A stretch of DNA of 64,000 nucleotides from Calditrichota bacterium (GCA_013152715.1 JAADFU010000094.1:76657-140656), one strand, 5' to 3'; shown: positions 20,517-31,167, counted from the first letter of the stretch. The notes: a model not told the origin generated them from the sequence alone. Made by a program: numbers and translations.

Positions 20517-21392
20517 ATGATTTTTGGCGTCAGCGGCAATACCACGAAAGAACTTGTCAAAAGTGTGATACCTCAATTATTGCGCTGGTTTGCTGATCGA
20601 CGGATAAAATTTATTCTGGATCAGGAATTAGCCAATTTTCTTCAATTGAACGGAGCCGTCGAAACCGGTCAGTTATCCGAGTTTTGTCGGAGTTGCGACG
20701 TCGTTTTGTCCTTTGGCGGCGACGGCACCATTTTGTCAACGGCGAGAACTGTGGGGAAAAGCGCAACGCCAATCCTGGGCGTTAATTTGGGAGGGCTCGG
20801 TTTTTTGACTGAGGTCGGCGTGGACGAGCTCTATCCCACGCTGGAAAATATCATTCACGGTGAGATGTCGATCATTGACAGAAAATTGTTAAAAGCGGCG
20901 GTTGTTCGGGGGCGTCATCGGGAAAAATATTACGCGCTCAACGACGTGGTTGTGGATCGCGGCGGATTCAGCCGCGTGATTCGCCTGGACGTTTACATTG
21001 ATGATTCTTATCTGAATTCTTATCTCGGCGACGGCGTGATAGTGGCGACGCCAACCGGGTCCACGGCATACTCGATGTCGGCAAGCGGCCCTATTTTGTT
21101 TCCCAATGTGAATTGCACGATCATCAATCCCATTTGTCCGCATACGCTGAGCGTGAGACCTGTAGTCATCCATGATCGCAGTGTCGTGAAAATTATTCCT
21201 GATTTGCGGGAAAGCATCATCACCATGAGCGTGGACGGACAAATCAGCCAGCAATTCCCCAAAGGCGATCATGTGGAGATTATTCTGAAAAAAGCGGAAT
21301 TCAGTATCCGCTGCATTCAAAAGGAGAGCAAAAATTTTAATGAGCTTTTGCGGAAAAAGTTGAATTGGGGCATTGACAAGCGGCATGATTGA
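20517..21392 (+). CDS. nadK: NAD+ kinase
   Basis: GGDGT, NLGGLGFLTE and TPTGSTAYSMSASGP motifs. Confidence 0.9.
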   Translation: MIFGVSGNTTKELVKSVIPQLLRWFADRRIKFILDQELANFLQLNGAVETGQLSEFCRSCDVVLSFGGDGTILSTARTVGKSATPILGVNLGGLGFLTEVGVDELYPTLENIIHGEMSIIDRKLLKAAVVRGRHREKYYALNDVVVDRGGFSRVIRLDVYIDDSYLNSYLGDGVIVATPTGSTAYSMSASGPILFPNVNCTIINPICPHTLSVRPVVIHDRSVVKIIPDLRESIITMSVDGQISQQFPKGDHVEIILKKAEFSIRCIQKESKNFNELLRKKLNWGIDKRHD

Positions 21393-21584
21393 TGGGGGGA
21401 TTTGGCTTTTGGCCTCTCGCCTTTGGCTTTTCGCTTTTGACTTTTAGGCATTTTCACTGATAAAAAGTTCGCCAGATGCTCCGAAGTCGCATTTCCGCCA
21501 GTTGGCGGGTGATGCGTTTAATCAGCGTCCTATTTTGGCAAAGATCACAAATGAGAAATTGGAAAAATATTCGGATTTGGGCAC

Positions 21585-24212
21585 ATGAAAGATAGTTCTG
21601 CGTCCACGCCTTTGATGGAACAATATTTAGCGATTAAAGCCAAACATAAAAATGCCATTTTGTTTTATCGCATGGGCGATTTTTATGAAATGTTTTACGA
21701 TGACGCCAAAATCGCTTCCGAAGTGTTGGGGATTACTCTGACTTCTCGCGCCCACGGCAAAGCCGCTAAAGTGCCATTGGCAGGATTCCCTTATCATGCG
21801 CTGGATAATTATTTGACAAAAATGATCAAAGCCGGCTATCGGGTGGCAATTTGCGAGCAGGTTGAAGACCCCAAAACGGCGAAGAAATTAGTCAAGCGCG
21901 ACGTAACAGAAATTGTGACGCCGGGAACGACCTTTTCCGATGAACTGCTGGATTCCAAACGAAATAATTATCTGGTTTCCATTTATCTGCGAAAAGATAT
22001 CTGTGGTTTGGCGGCGGCGGATGTGACCACCGGCGAATTTTTTGTCAATGAATTTTTTCCGGAAAAGCTGCGCGAACAATTGATGCTGATCAACCCCTCG
22101 GAACTACTCGTGGCTGAGTCTCAGCAAAAAAATGTCGCTGACCAAATCGCTTCGGAACTCCATAGTTTCATTACTGCACGCGAAGATTGGGTTTTTAACC
22201 GCGATTTCGGCTACGAGAAACTCATCCATCATTTTAAAACTTCCTCGCTGAAAGGCTTCGGCTGCGAGGATTTGACCGTGGGGATTGTTGCTGCCGGCGC
22301 CCTGCTGGATTATTTGAAAGAAAATCAGAAAAACAGTCTCTCCCATTTCACACAAATCAAACGTCGTTTCGATTCTGATTTTATGGCGGTAGATCCAACC
22401 ACGCAGCGCAATCTGGAGCTCATTCAACCGCTCTCTGCGCGTGACAATCGCGGCGTTTTGATTCACGTTCTGGACAAAACAAAAACCGCCATGGGCGGGC
22501 GTCGCTTGGTAAATTGGCTGCTGAATCCTTTGAACCAAATCGCTCCCATAAACCGTCGGCTGGACGCCGTGGAGGAATTGTTCAAGCAGGAGATGACGCG
22601 TCGCGAGCTGCGCGAATCGCTTGGAAAAATGGGGGATCTGGAACGGCTGTTGTCGCGAATCACCACCGGGCGCGCCAATGCCAGAGATTTGATCGCGCTC
22701 AAGTCGGCGCTGCGCATTGTTCCCGAAATAAAAGAAAAATTAGCGCCGTTGGAAGCGGACTATCTGGCGCAGATCAGAGAACAATTGCACGAGTTGCCCG
22801 AAGTCGTGGATGAAATCGAAGCGGCGCTGGTCGAAGAACCGCCGCTGTCCGTGGTCGACGGCGGACTGATCAAACGCGGCTACAACGAAGAACTGGATCA
22901 ATTGCGCGAAATCGCTTTTTCCGGCAAGGATTGGATCGCCCGTATGCAACAGAGCGAACGCGAACGCACCGGAATTCCCTCGCTGAAAGTGGGATACAAT
23001 AAAGTTTTCGGCTACTACATTGAAATAACCAAGCCGCATCTGGCAAAAGTGCCCACCAATTACATGCGCAAGCAGACGTTAGTCAACGCTGAGCGTTTCA
23101 TCACGCCGGAATTGAAAGAATACGAGGAAAAAATTGTCGGCGCTGAGGAAAAAATCATTGAGCTTGAATTTCAGCTATTCGATCAAATACGTCAGCACGT
23201 GAGTCGGCGGGTGCGCGAAATTCAGGAAAATGCCAGACAAATTGGTGATCTGGATTGCTTGCTGAATTTTGCGCAAATTTCGCGTGATAACGATTACAAC
23301 CGCCCGCAAATTACTTCCGGCGATGAAATTGATATCAAAGAAGGCCGCCACCCGGTGGTGGAACAGCTTCTTCCCGCCGGAGAGTCGTTTGTGCCCAACG
23401 ATGTTTACGCCAACAATAGCAGCGACCAAATTTTGATCATTACGGGTCCTAACATGGCGGGAAAATCGACTTATTTGCGGCAGGTGGGTTTGATCGTGTT
23501 GATGGCGCAAATCGGCTGCTTTGTTCCGGCGCGGGAAGCCAAAATGGGACTCGTGGATAAATTGTTCACGCGCGTGGGGGCGTCGGATAATCTGGCGGGC
23601 GGCGAAAGCACATTTTTAATGGAAATGAACGAAACCGCTAATATTTTGAACAATGCGACGACGAAAAGTTTGATTTTGCTCGACGAAATAGGTCGGGGCA
23701 CGAGCACTTTTGACGGGCTTTCCATTGCCTGGTCGGTGGCAGAATATTTGCACAATACCAGCGCCGTGGCGGCAAAAACGCTTTTTGCGACACATTATCA
23801 TGAATTAACGGAACTTGCGCGGATTCTACCTCGTGTAAAAAACTACAATGTCGCGGTCAAAGAATGGGGCGACCAGGTAATCTTTTTAAGGAAAATTGTG
23901 GCTGGCGGTTGCGACAACAGTTATGGAATCCATGTGGCGCAATTGGCCGGCTTGCCGCGCATCGTGATCGAGCGGGCGCGGCAGGTGCTCAGCAATCTCG
24001 AAAAAGACGAATTCACCGAGACCAGGACGCCGCGTTTGGCGAGGCCTCGGTCGCCGGAGGGTAAGCAAATCGTTCCGAGCCAACTCGATTTTTTTTCAAG
24101 GCAGGAAACGGCACTGAGAGAAAAATTAAAAGAGATCGACGTTAATCAATTAACGCCGCTGGAAGCATTGAATACATTATCTGAACTGAAAAAATTGATT
24201 GATGGCGAATAA
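21585..24212 (+). CDS. mutS: DNA mismatch repair protein MutS
   Basis: N-terminal mismatch-binding domain (TPLMEQYL...FYEMFYDDA), Walker A GPNMAGKST, C-terminal HTH region; 875 aa. Confidence 0.95.
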   Translation: MKDSSASTPLMEQYLAIKAKHKNAILFYRMGDFYEMFYDDAKIASEVLGITLTSRAHGKAAKVPLAGFPYHALDNYLTKMIKAGYRVAICEQVEDPKTAKKLVKRDVTEIVTPGTTFSDELLDSKRNNYLVSIYLRKDICGLAAADVTTGEFFVNEFFPEKLREQLMLINPSELLVAESQQKNVADQIASELHSFITAREDWVFNRDFGYEKLIHHFKTSSLKGFGCEDLTVGIVAAGALLDYLKENQKNSLSHFTQIKRRFDSDFMAVDPTTQRNLELIQPLSARDNRGVLIHVLDKTKTAMGGRRLVNWLLNPLNQIAPINRRLDAVEELFKQEMTRRELRESLGKMGDLERLLSRITTGRANARDLIALKSALRIVPEIKEKLAPLEADYLAQIREQLHELPEVVDEIEAALVEEPPLSVVDGGLIKRGYNEELDQLREIAFSGKDWIARMQQSERERTGIPSLKVGYNKVFGYYIEITKPHLAKVPTNYMRKQTLVNAERFITPELKEYEEKIVGAEEKIIELEFQLFDQIRQHVSRRVREIQENARQIGDLDCLLNFAQISRDNDYNRPQITSGDEIDIKEGRHPVVEQLLPAGESFVPNDVYANNSSDQILIITGPNMAGKSTYLRQVGLIVLMAQIGCFVPAREAKMGLVDKLFTRVGASDNLAGGESTFLMEMNETANILNNATTKSLILLDEIGRGTSTFDGLSIAWSVAEYLHNTSAVAAKTLFATHYHELTELARILPRVKNYNVAVKEWGDQVIFLRKIVAGGCDNSYGIHVAQLAGLPRIVIERARQVLSNLEKDEFTETRTPRLARPRSPEGKQIVPSQLDFFSRQETALREKLKEIDVNQLTPLEALNTLSELKKLIDGE

Positions 24213-24247
24213 AATCGAATAATCAACTAAAATAGCGTGGGATTTCT

Positions 24248-25312
24248 ATGAAATTAAAAAGAAATGTCAGCAATTGTTTAGTTTTGTCAATCTTTGTCTT
24301 TGTCGGTTTCGCGCAGGCCGGCAATATTGTCAAAGCAAAGTATGCGGGTGAATTTTTAGCGAGCGGCGTCGGCGGGCGCGCTCTCGGTATGGGCGGCGCT
24401 TCTGTCGCCATCGCCAACGATGTGACTGCCGGGTACTGGAATCCGGCGCTATTGACGCAAATTGATTACCCGCAAATTATCGGCATGCACGCGCAGCGGT
24501 TCGCCAATATCGTCAATTACAATTACGGCGCCGTGGCTTTGCCTTTCGGGAAAACAAGCACGCTGGCGCTGTCCGTGATTCGTCTGGGAGTGGACGACAT
24601 TCCCAATACGACCGAGGCGCTGTTAGATTACGGCCTTGACGGAAAACCTAACACCGGCGATGAGGGCGAAGGCAATGGCGTCATTGATGAAAATGAACGA
24701 ATTGATCCTTACAAGGTATTTTATTTTAATTCGGCTGAATGGGGCATGTTTTTGAGCTATGGTGCTCGCGCCAATCGGAAAATTTCCTACGGCGGAAGCG
24801 TGAAATTTTTGCTCAAGCAGTTGGGCGAACAGAGCGCCTGGGGAGTGGGTTTTGATGTTGGCATGATCTATCGCTTCAGCGACCGATTTAAACTGGGCGC
24901 CAATTTGCAGGACGCGACAACGACGTTGCTCGTTTGGGAAAAAGGCCGTCAGGAAGCGATTATTCCCACGCTGAAATTGGGAAGCGCTTACATTTGGGAA
25001 TCCTCTCTCATCGGCGGCAGTCTGATTCCGGCCTTCGATGTGGATGTTCGCTTTGAAAATCGTCGGTACGCTTCGCAATGGAATGTCGGCGCCGTCAGTT
25101 TTGACAGCCACGCCGGATTCGAATATCAGTTCAAAAAACTGATCGCGCTCCGTTTCGGAATGGACGCCGGTCGGTTCACCGCTGGCATCGGTATTCGCTT
25201 GCCGAAGTTGATGGTGGATTACGCTTTTCTCAGTCACAATGATTTAGGAGATACCCATCGGATTTCCGTCAAATTGACAATTGATGAGAAGCGATTTCAA
25301 CGCCGTCGTTGA
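24248..25312 (+). CDS. FadL/OMPP1-like outer-membrane beta-barrel protein (paralogue 2)
   Basis: Signal peptide, then GVGGRALGMGGASVAIANDVTAGYWNPALL signature; beta-rich. Confidence 0.55.
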   Translation: MKLKRNVSNCLVLSIFVFVGFAQAGNIVKAKYAGEFLASGVGGRALGMGGASVAIANDVTAGYWNPALLTQIDYPQIIGMHAQRFANIVNYNYGAVALPFGKTSTLALSVIRLGVDDIPNTTEALLDYGLDGKPNTGDEGEGNGVIDENERIDPYKVFYFNSAEWGMFLSYGARANRKISYGGSVKFLLKQLGEQSAWGVGFDVGMIYRFSDRFKLGANLQDATTTLLVWEKGRQEAIIPTLKLGSAYIWESSLIGGSLIPAFDVDVRFENRRYASQWNVGAVSFDSHAGFEYQFKKLIALRFGMDAGRFTAGIGIRLPKLMVDYAFLSHNDLGDTHRISVKLTIDEKRFQRRR

Positions 25313-25402
25313 ACCTCTTCCGATTTGAGCGCATTCTTCTGAATTATTTTCCTGCTATTTGTTCACACGAAAAAGCATGCCGCCTTCTCAAGGGGATTGG
25401 GA

Positions 25403-25448
25403 TGAATATTTATTTTTTTATTTGACGAATAAATATTCATTTTTTTTT
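25403..25448 (+). terminator. rho-independent terminator (AT-rich 12-bp stem + T9)
   Basis: tgaatatttatt / aataaatattca perfect stem followed by ttttttttt, 90 nt after the stop of the gene at 24248-25312. Confidence 0.45.
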
Positions 25449-25622
25449 GATGGAAATAGATTTTTCCGGAAGAAAATGAACGCCAGAATCGTCGGCAATT
25501 TTCAGCGAGACAGTTTTTCGTCTGAAAAAATGAAAAAAAATGGCTTAAACTCAAGACTATAAGCGGTAAAAACGGGATTTGAGATAACTCTTTAAAAAAA
25601 AAGAAAAAACATAAAAAAAAGT

Positions 25623-25651
25623 TTGACAATTTCAAAAAAAATTTGTATAAT
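25623..25651 (+). promoter_or_regulatory. consensus sigma70-type promoter (TTGACA-17-TATAAT) upstream of yicC
   Basis: TTGACA at 25623-25628, 17-nt spacer, TATAAT at 25646-25651; 50 nt upstream of the yicC ATG. Confidence 0.5.
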
Positions 25652-25702
25652 CTAACTCACACTTAATTTTCAACTTATACGTATTTAGGAACGGAAACAC
25701 CA

Positions 25703-26584
25703 ATGATCAAGAGCATGACTGGATTTGGGCGGGCTGAACTTGTACGAAACGATTTTGAAGTGGTGGCAGAGGTTCGCTCGGTGAACAATCGTTTTCTCGA
25801 TATTCAAGTGAAATTGCCAAAACAGTTTTACCATTTGGAGCATGAGGTTAAAAATATTGTCAGGGATTATGTGACGCGCGGCAGGGTTAATATTTATGTG
25901 AATTTGAAATATGAAAATGGCGATGCGCAGAACGGGCTGGAGGTTGACGATCATGCGGTACGAATGTACCTGAAATTGCTCCAAAATTTAAAGAAGAAAT
26001 ATCGCCTGGGCGGAAAAATAAAGATCGATCATTTGCTCAATTTTGCGGATATTTTTTCTTTCGAGGCGGCTGGCGAATACAAGCAGGAAACGTGGGAGAT
26101 CGTCAAGCAGGTGCTTTCTCAGGCGCTGACGCGCTTTTCAGAAATGCGCAGCAGTGAAGGCGAAGAGCTGGGAAAAGATTTGCGTGCGCGCATTGAGAAT
26201 CTGAATCGTGTCGTTGCCAGAATAGAAAAAATTGCGCAAGATCGCCACGAAGAAGATCTGAGTCAGTTGCGGGAGCGAGTTCACGATCTCATTGCCGACG
26301 AAAATGTTGACGAACAGCGTTTGCAGACAGAGTTAGCACTGATGATTAACCGGATGGATGTGACCGAAGAATGCGTTCGTTTTCGCAGTCATAACAAGAT
26401 GTTTCTGGAGTCGCTGAAGGCGGAGCAATCAATTGGGAAAAAATTGAATTTTATTTTGCAGGAGATGACGAGAGAGGCAAACACTATGGGCTCCAAAGCC
26501 AATCACGCGGAGATTGCTCATTTGGTGGTGGACATAAAGGAAGAAGTGGAAAAGATCAGAGAACAAGTACAAAATATTGAATAA
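25703..26584 (+). CDS. yicC: YicC-family stress-induced protein
   Basis: MIKSMTGFGRAE N-terminus and YicC-like C-terminal region; conserved yicC-remA-gmk order. Confidence 0.85.
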   Translation: MIKSMTGFGRAELVRNDFEVVAEVRSVNNRFLDIQVKLPKQFYHLEHEVKNIVRDYVTRGRVNIYVNLKYENGDAQNGLEVDDHAVRMYLKLLQNLKKKYRLGGKIKIDHLLNFADIFSFEAAGEYKQETWEIVKQVLSQALTRFSEMRSSEGEELGKDLRARIENLNRVVARIEKIAQDRHEEDLSQLRERVHDLIADENVDEQRLQTELALMINRMDVTEECVRFRSHNKMFLESLKAEQSIGKKLNFILQEMTREANTMGSKANHAEIAHLVVDIKEEVEKIREQVQNIE

Positions 26585-26632
26585 ATAATTTCAAAAAATC
26601 GGTTAGCGAATTAAAATAGAGAGGATATAACG

Positions 26633-26896
26633 ATGATGATCAGTATCGGATATAGAAATTATTTATTAGCGGAACGGATCGTCGCCATCGTGTCGCCGGA
26701 GACGCGCCCCACAAGGAATCTGATTGCCGGCGCAAAAGAGCGCGGAATGCTCGTCGATGCCACAATGGGGAAAAAGACAAAATCTGTGATTGTCACTAAC
26801 AGCAATCATGTGGTTTTATCGGCAAATTCAGCGGATACCATTGTCCATCGCATTGAAATCTCAGAGGTGAAAATTGGCGTGGACGAGGAGAACTGA
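26633..26896 (+). CDS. remA: DUF370/RemA-family protein
   Basis: ISIGYRNYLLAERIVAIVSPE...RGMLVDATMGKKTKSVIVTNSNHVVLSA, closely parallels Bacillus RemA. Confidence 0.8.
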   Translation: MMISIGYRNYLLAERIVAIVSPETRPTRNLIAGAKERGMLVDATMGKKTKSVIVTNSNHVVLSANSADTIVHRIEISEVKIGVDEEN

Positions 26897-26905
26897 ATCG
26901 GGCGC

Positions 26906-27499
26906 ATGAACGGATTATTGATTTTTTTTGCCTCTCCTTCGGGCGGCGGAAAGACGACGGTCATCAAGGAATTGCTCAACCGCTATCCGGAAAGATTTGT
27001 CTATTCTGTTTCGAGCACCACAAGAAAACCGAGGCCTGGCGAAAAACACGGCGCGGATTATTATTTTCTGGCGGAGCAGGAATTTCGGCAAAAAATCGAT
27101 AGAAATGAGTTTCTGGAATGGGAGCACGTTCATGATTATTACTATGGGACGGACAAAGTTCTCATCGAACGCTATCTGGCGCAGGGTAAACATGTGCTGC
27201 TGGATTTGGACGTCAACGGCACGCTGAATGTCAGCAAGGAATATCCTGAGCATTCAGTGACGATATTTCTCGCGCCGCCATCGGAACAAGTTTTGATCAG
27301 GAGGCTCAAAGCGCGCGGTACAGATTCGGCAGCGGAAATTAGGCGGCGGTTGCAGCGATTTTCAATGGAAATGGAGAAGGCAAAATATTTTCAGCACGTG
27401 GTTGTCAATGATGAACTGGAAAAAACAGTTAGCAAAGTTTTGTCAATTATTTCAAATTATGAAAATAAAATGGACGTTAAAAATATAAAGCAAGCCTAA
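26906..27499 (+). CDS. gmk: guanylate kinase
   Basis: P-loop SPSGGGKTT, ...YYF and RR..R lid motifs. Confidence 0.9.
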   Translation: MNGLLIFFASPSGGGKTTVIKELLNRYPERFVYSVSSTTRKPRPGEKHGADYYFLAEQEFRQKIDRNEFLEWEHVHDYYYGTDKVLIERYLAQGKHVLLDLDVNGTLNVSKEYPEHSVTIFLAPPSEQVLIRRLKARGTDSAAEIRRRLQRFSMEMEKAKYFQHVVVNDELEKTVSKVLSIISNYENKMDVKNIKQA

Positions 27500-27513
27500 G
27501 GAGGGCGTTATTT

Positions 27514-27798
27514 ATGTCAGCAACTATATCTCTGGAAGATTTGGAAAAATTTAGCGAAAATGTTTACGAAGCTATCATCGTCATTGCCAAACGAGCGCGG
27601 CAGATCAATCAGGAACAAAAGCGAATGGTTGAGGAAATTGTGGGCTTGGATGACATGGAAGGCTCCGAAGAGGACGAGGACTATTTGAACGATGAAGAAG
27701 AAAGAAATTACATCACATTACCCAAGCCGACGCGATTGGCGATGGAAGAATTTTTGCAGGGAAAAATAAAATATGAGTTCCTTAAAAATGCTGAGTAA
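27514..27798 (+). CDS. rpoZ: DNA-directed RNA polymerase subunit omega
   Basis: SENVYEAIIVIAKRARQIN core RpoZ motif; position after gmk. Confidence 0.7.
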   Translation: MSATISLEDLEKFSENVYEAIIVIAKRARQINQEQKRMVEEIVGLDDMEGSEEDEDYLNDEEERNYITLPKPTRLAMEEFLQGKIKYEFLKNAE

Positions 27799-27809
27799 TT
27801 TGTAATTTT

Positions 27810-29009
27810 ATGTTTGCCAATAAAAACATTTTAGTCGGAGTCACCGGGGGGATTGCCGCCTATAAAAGTTGCGAGATAATTCGAGAAATAAAAAAGAACG
27901 GCGGAAATGTCCGTGTTGTGATGACGCCGGCGGCGACGAAATTCATCACGCCGCTGACGCTGGCAACGTTGTCGGAAAATCCGGTTTTGATGGATATGTT
28001 TGCTGATGAATTCGGCGGTTCCACAATTCATATTGAATCCGCGCGTTGGGCTGATGCGATTTTGACGTGCCCGGCGACGGCAAACACAATCGGGAAAATT
28101 GCCTCGGGCATTTCAGATAATTTGTTAACCACGCTGGTCATGGCGGCGACGGTGCCTGTTTTGTTGTGTCCTGCGATGAACAAAGAGATGTATCGCAACA
28201 TGATGTTCGTTGAAAATGTCGCCAAATTGAAAAAAGCGGGCTATATTTTTGTCGATGCTGACGAAGGTGAACTGGCGTGCGGCGAAGTCGGTGAAGGACG
28301 GTTGGCGGAAACGCACAAAATTATGTTCGCGCTGAGAAAGGCACTTTTCGGCAAAAATGTGCTATCCGGAAAGAAAATTTTGGTTACCGCCGGAAGGACA
28401 GAAGAAGATCTCGATCCGGTGCGCTTTTTGACGAATCGCTCCAGCGGCAAAATGGGTTACGCCATTGCGGAAGCTGCGGCTATTGCCGGGGGCGAGGTGA
28501 CGCTTGTCAGCGGGCCGACGCAATTGCCGATTTTTTCAGCGGGAAAATTTATCAGTGTACGCACAGCGGCAGAAATAGCGGCGGCGACGGAGAAAGAATT
28601 CCCGAAACAAGATGTGGTCGTCATGGCGGCGGCAGTGGCGGATTTTCGGCCGGAACAAGTTTCAGCGCACAAATTAAAAAAAGACGATGCCCGCTTGACG
28701 CTAAATCTGGCGCGAACCAGGGATATTCTTCAGTGGATGGGAAAAAGAAAAGGCGACAAATGTCTCGTTGGTTTTGCGCTGGAGACTGAGAATGAGGTGC
28801 AAAACGCACTTGGGAAATTGCGACAAAAAAATCTGGATTTAATTGTGGTGAATAATCCGCTGACTTCAGGCGCGGGTTTCGCTCACAGTACCAATGTCGT
28901 AACTATCATCGACAAATCCGGGAATCAGGAACAACTCCCGCTGATGAGCAAATTTGAAGTTGCCAGCCAGTTAGTGGATCGTATTGCGAATTTGTTGACA
29001 AAAAATTAG
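27810..29009 (+). CDS. coaBC: bifunctional phosphopantothenoylcysteine decarboxylase / phosphopantothenate-cysteine ligase
   Basis: N-terminal flavoprotein domain (ILVGVTGGIAAYK) and C-terminal CoaB domain; 399 aa. Confidence 0.9.
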   Translation: MFANKNILVGVTGGIAAYKSCEIIREIKKNGGNVRVVMTPAATKFITPLTLATLSENPVLMDMFADEFGGSTIHIESARWADAILTCPATANTIGKIASGISDNLLTTLVMAATVPVLLCPAMNKEMYRNMMFVENVAKLKKAGYIFVDADEGELACGEVGEGRLAETHKIMFALRKALFGKNVLSGKKILVTAGRTEEDLDPVRFLTNRSSGKMGYAIAEAAAIAGGEVTLVSGPTQLPIFSAGKFISVRTAAEIAAATEKEFPKQDVVVMAAAVADFRPEQVSAHKLKKDDARLTLNLARTRDILQWMGKRKGDKCLVGFALETENEVQNALGKLRQKNLDLIVVNNPLTSGAGFAHSTNVVTIIDKSGNQEQLPLMSKFEVASQLVDRIANLLTKN

Positions 29010-29030
29010 GGGATTTATCTGAGGACAGAA

Positions 29031-29744
29031 GTGGACACATTCATCGACTTGCTCGATAAAACAAAAGAATTTTTTGCCGTTCAGCAGCAGCTTTACGGAG
29101 ATCAAATTTTCACAAATATATCGGCGGAACGACTTTCGTTTTTATCTTCTGAACGTGCATTTCCTGCAATGATGGACCTGTCAAATCGCGTCAGGGATTG
29201 TCAAAAATGTCCGTTGGCAAAAACGAGAAAGCAGGTCGTGTTTGGCGGGGGCGACGTCAATTCAGATATTCTGCTCATTGGCGAAGCTCCGGGTTATTAT
29301 GAGGATCAGGCAGGAGAGGTGTTTGTCGGCGAAGCCGGACAATTATTGGACAAAATTTTGGCGGCGGTAGAATTGGATAGAAAGCAAATTTACATTACGA
29401 ACGTTGTCAAATGCCGTCCGCCAAAAAATCGCGATCCGGAGCCTCACGAGCGGGCCGCGTGTTTTCCGATTTTGCGCAAACAAATGGAGATTTTGAAACC
29501 AAAATACATACTGGCGCTGGGCAGGATCGCAGCGCATGTTTTGCTGAATACCACCAGACCGCTGAGCAATCTGCGAAATCGCGTGTACAGAAAGTACGGC
29601 GCCTTGATGGTCGTCACTTACCATCCGGCGGCGTTATTGCGAAATCAGAAGTTGAAACGGGACACATGGGGAGACGTTCAGGTTTTTCAGAAATGTTTTT
29701 CCGAAAAATATCGCGGTGAAGTGATTGACCTTGATAAACATTAA
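29031..29744 (+). CDS. uracil-DNA glycosylase, family 4
   Basis: CQKCPL...GEAPGYYEDQAGEVFVGEAGQLL motif; about 45 aa of N-terminal extension if the first ATG is used (alternative start near 29169). Confidence 0.8.
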   Translation: MDTFIDLLDKTKEFFAVQQQLYGDQIFTNISAERLSFLSSERAFPAMMDLSNRVRDCQKCPLAKTRKQVVFGGGDVNSDILLIGEAPGYYEDQAGEVFVGEAGQLLDKILAAVELDRKQIYITNVVKCRPPKNRDPEPHERAACFPILRKQMEILKPKYILALGRIAAHVLLNTTRPLSNLRNRVYRKYGALMVVTYHPAALLRNQKLKRDTWGDVQVFQKCFSEKYRGEVIDLDKH

Positions 29745-29780
29745 TTTTTTGTACGGAAATTAATTCACGGGATTGGCGCC

Positions 29781-31160
29781 ATGGCAACGACAAAAGATAA
29801 GATGCCGCAAACGCAGCGTATTCCCCCGCAAGACATCGAAGCGGAGATGGCTGTTCTCGGATCGATGTTTTTGGATCTGGAAGCCGTTGGCAAGACTGTC
29901 GAAGTTATTCGGGATGCGAATTATTTTTATAAAACGGCTCATCAGATTATTTTTGAAGCGGCAAAAGAACTGTACGACAGGCGCGAACCCATCGATGTGA
30001 TCACTTTGTCTGACCGGCTTAAAAAAAGAAATAAATTGGACGCCGTCGGCGGGCAATTTTATCTCGTCCAATTGGCGGAGAAAGTGCCGTCCGCTGCAAA
30101 CGTAGAATTCTATGCCAAGATAGTGCTTGAAAAGGCTTTGTTGCGGCGTTTGATCGAGCTGAACACAAAAATTATTGCCAAGGCTTACGGCCATTCTGGC
30201 GATGTGTTCGAATTGTTTGATGAAGTTGAAAAAGAGATTTTTTCGTTGACAGAGCGGAAACTCATTCGCGGTTTTGAGTGGATTTCGCCCACTCTGCACG
30301 AAACGATGTCGCTGATTCAGGAATTTGCCGGAAAAAAAGGCGGCGTCACAGGCGTCGCGTCCGGGTTTCGCGAGTTGGATGCGAAAACTTCCGGATTTCA
30401 GAAATCTGATTTGGTCATTATTGCCGGGCGGCCATCCATGGGCAAAACAGCTTTGTGTTTGAACATCGCCCGTAACGCTGCGCTGGATCATCAAGTGCCG
30501 GTCGGTTTGTTCAGTTTGGAAATGTCAAGTCATCAATTGGCACTGCGCATGTTGTGCGCCGAAGCGCGCGTCGATTCTAATGCCGTTCGCACCGGAATGT
30601 TGCCAAAACACGAGTTCCCTAAATTGAGCATGAATGTCGGAAAGTTAGCCTCAGCGCCGATTTTTATTGACGACACGCCGGCGATGAATATCCTGGAAAT
30701 TAAAGCTAAGGCGCGACGTTTAAAATATGAGAAAGATATTGGTCTGCTAATTATTGATTATTTGCAGCTCATTCAAGGTCCGGAAAGATCTGAAAGCCGG
30801 CAGATGGAAATTTCTGCCATTTCGCGCTCGTTAAAAGCGCTGGCGAAAGAATTAAATATTCCGGTAATTGCGCTGTCTCAGTTATCTCGGGCCGTGGAAG
30901 CCAGGGGCGGAGATCGCCGCCCGATGCTGTCTGATCTGCGTGATTCCGGAGCTATTGAGCAGGACGCGGATGTAGTGCTTTTTATTTACCGGGCGGAACG
31001 TTACGGAAAAACCGATAAACCGGGAATCGCGGAAATCATTATTGGCAAGCAACGTAACGGGCCGGTGGGCACTGTGGAGTTGTCTTTTATCCCTGAATAT
31101 ACGATGTTTTCTGACTTAGCGCGCGGAAGGGAAGAGCAAGTTGAAGTTAGCACATTCTAA
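29781..31160 (+). CDS. dnaB: replicative DNA helicase DnaB (no intein)
   Basis: N-terminal domain IPPQDIEAEMAVLGSM, Walker A GRPSMGKT, Walker B and RecA-like C-terminus. Confidence 0.95.
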   Translation: MATTKDKMPQTQRIPPQDIEAEMAVLGSMFLDLEAVGKTVEVIRDANYFYKTAHQIIFEAAKELYDRREPIDVITLSDRLKKRNKLDAVGGQFYLVQLAEKVPSAANVEFYAKIVLEKALLRRLIELNTKIIAKAYGHSGDVFELFDEVEKEIFSLTERKLIRGFEWISPTLHETMSLIQEFAGKKGGVTGVASGFRELDAKTSGFQKSDLVIIAGRPSMGKTALCLNIARNAALDHQVPVGLFSLEMSSHQLALRMLCAEARVDSNAVRTGMLPKHEFPKLSMNVGKLASAPIFIDDTPAMNILEIKAKARRLKYEKDIGLLIIDYLQLIQGPERSESRQMEISAISRSLKALAKELNIPVIALSQLSRAVEARGGDRRPMLSDLRDSGAIEQDADVVLFIYRAERYGKTDKPGIAEIIIGKQRNGPVGTVELSFIPEYTMFSDLARGREEQVEVSTF

Positions 31161-31167
31161 AACGAAT

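Noticed and set aside
21393-21584. Short tandem ggcttttgg-type repeats before mutS
   Set aside because: Three degenerate copies only, consistent with low-complexity promoter-region sequence. They do not form a CRISPR or a structured repeat.
25359-25635. ORFs 25359-25562 (+) and 25363-25635 (-) in the intergenic region before yicC
   Set aside because: The sequence is homopolymer-rich and AT-rich and contains a terminator hairpin and a consensus promoter. The ORFs are low-complexity artefacts.
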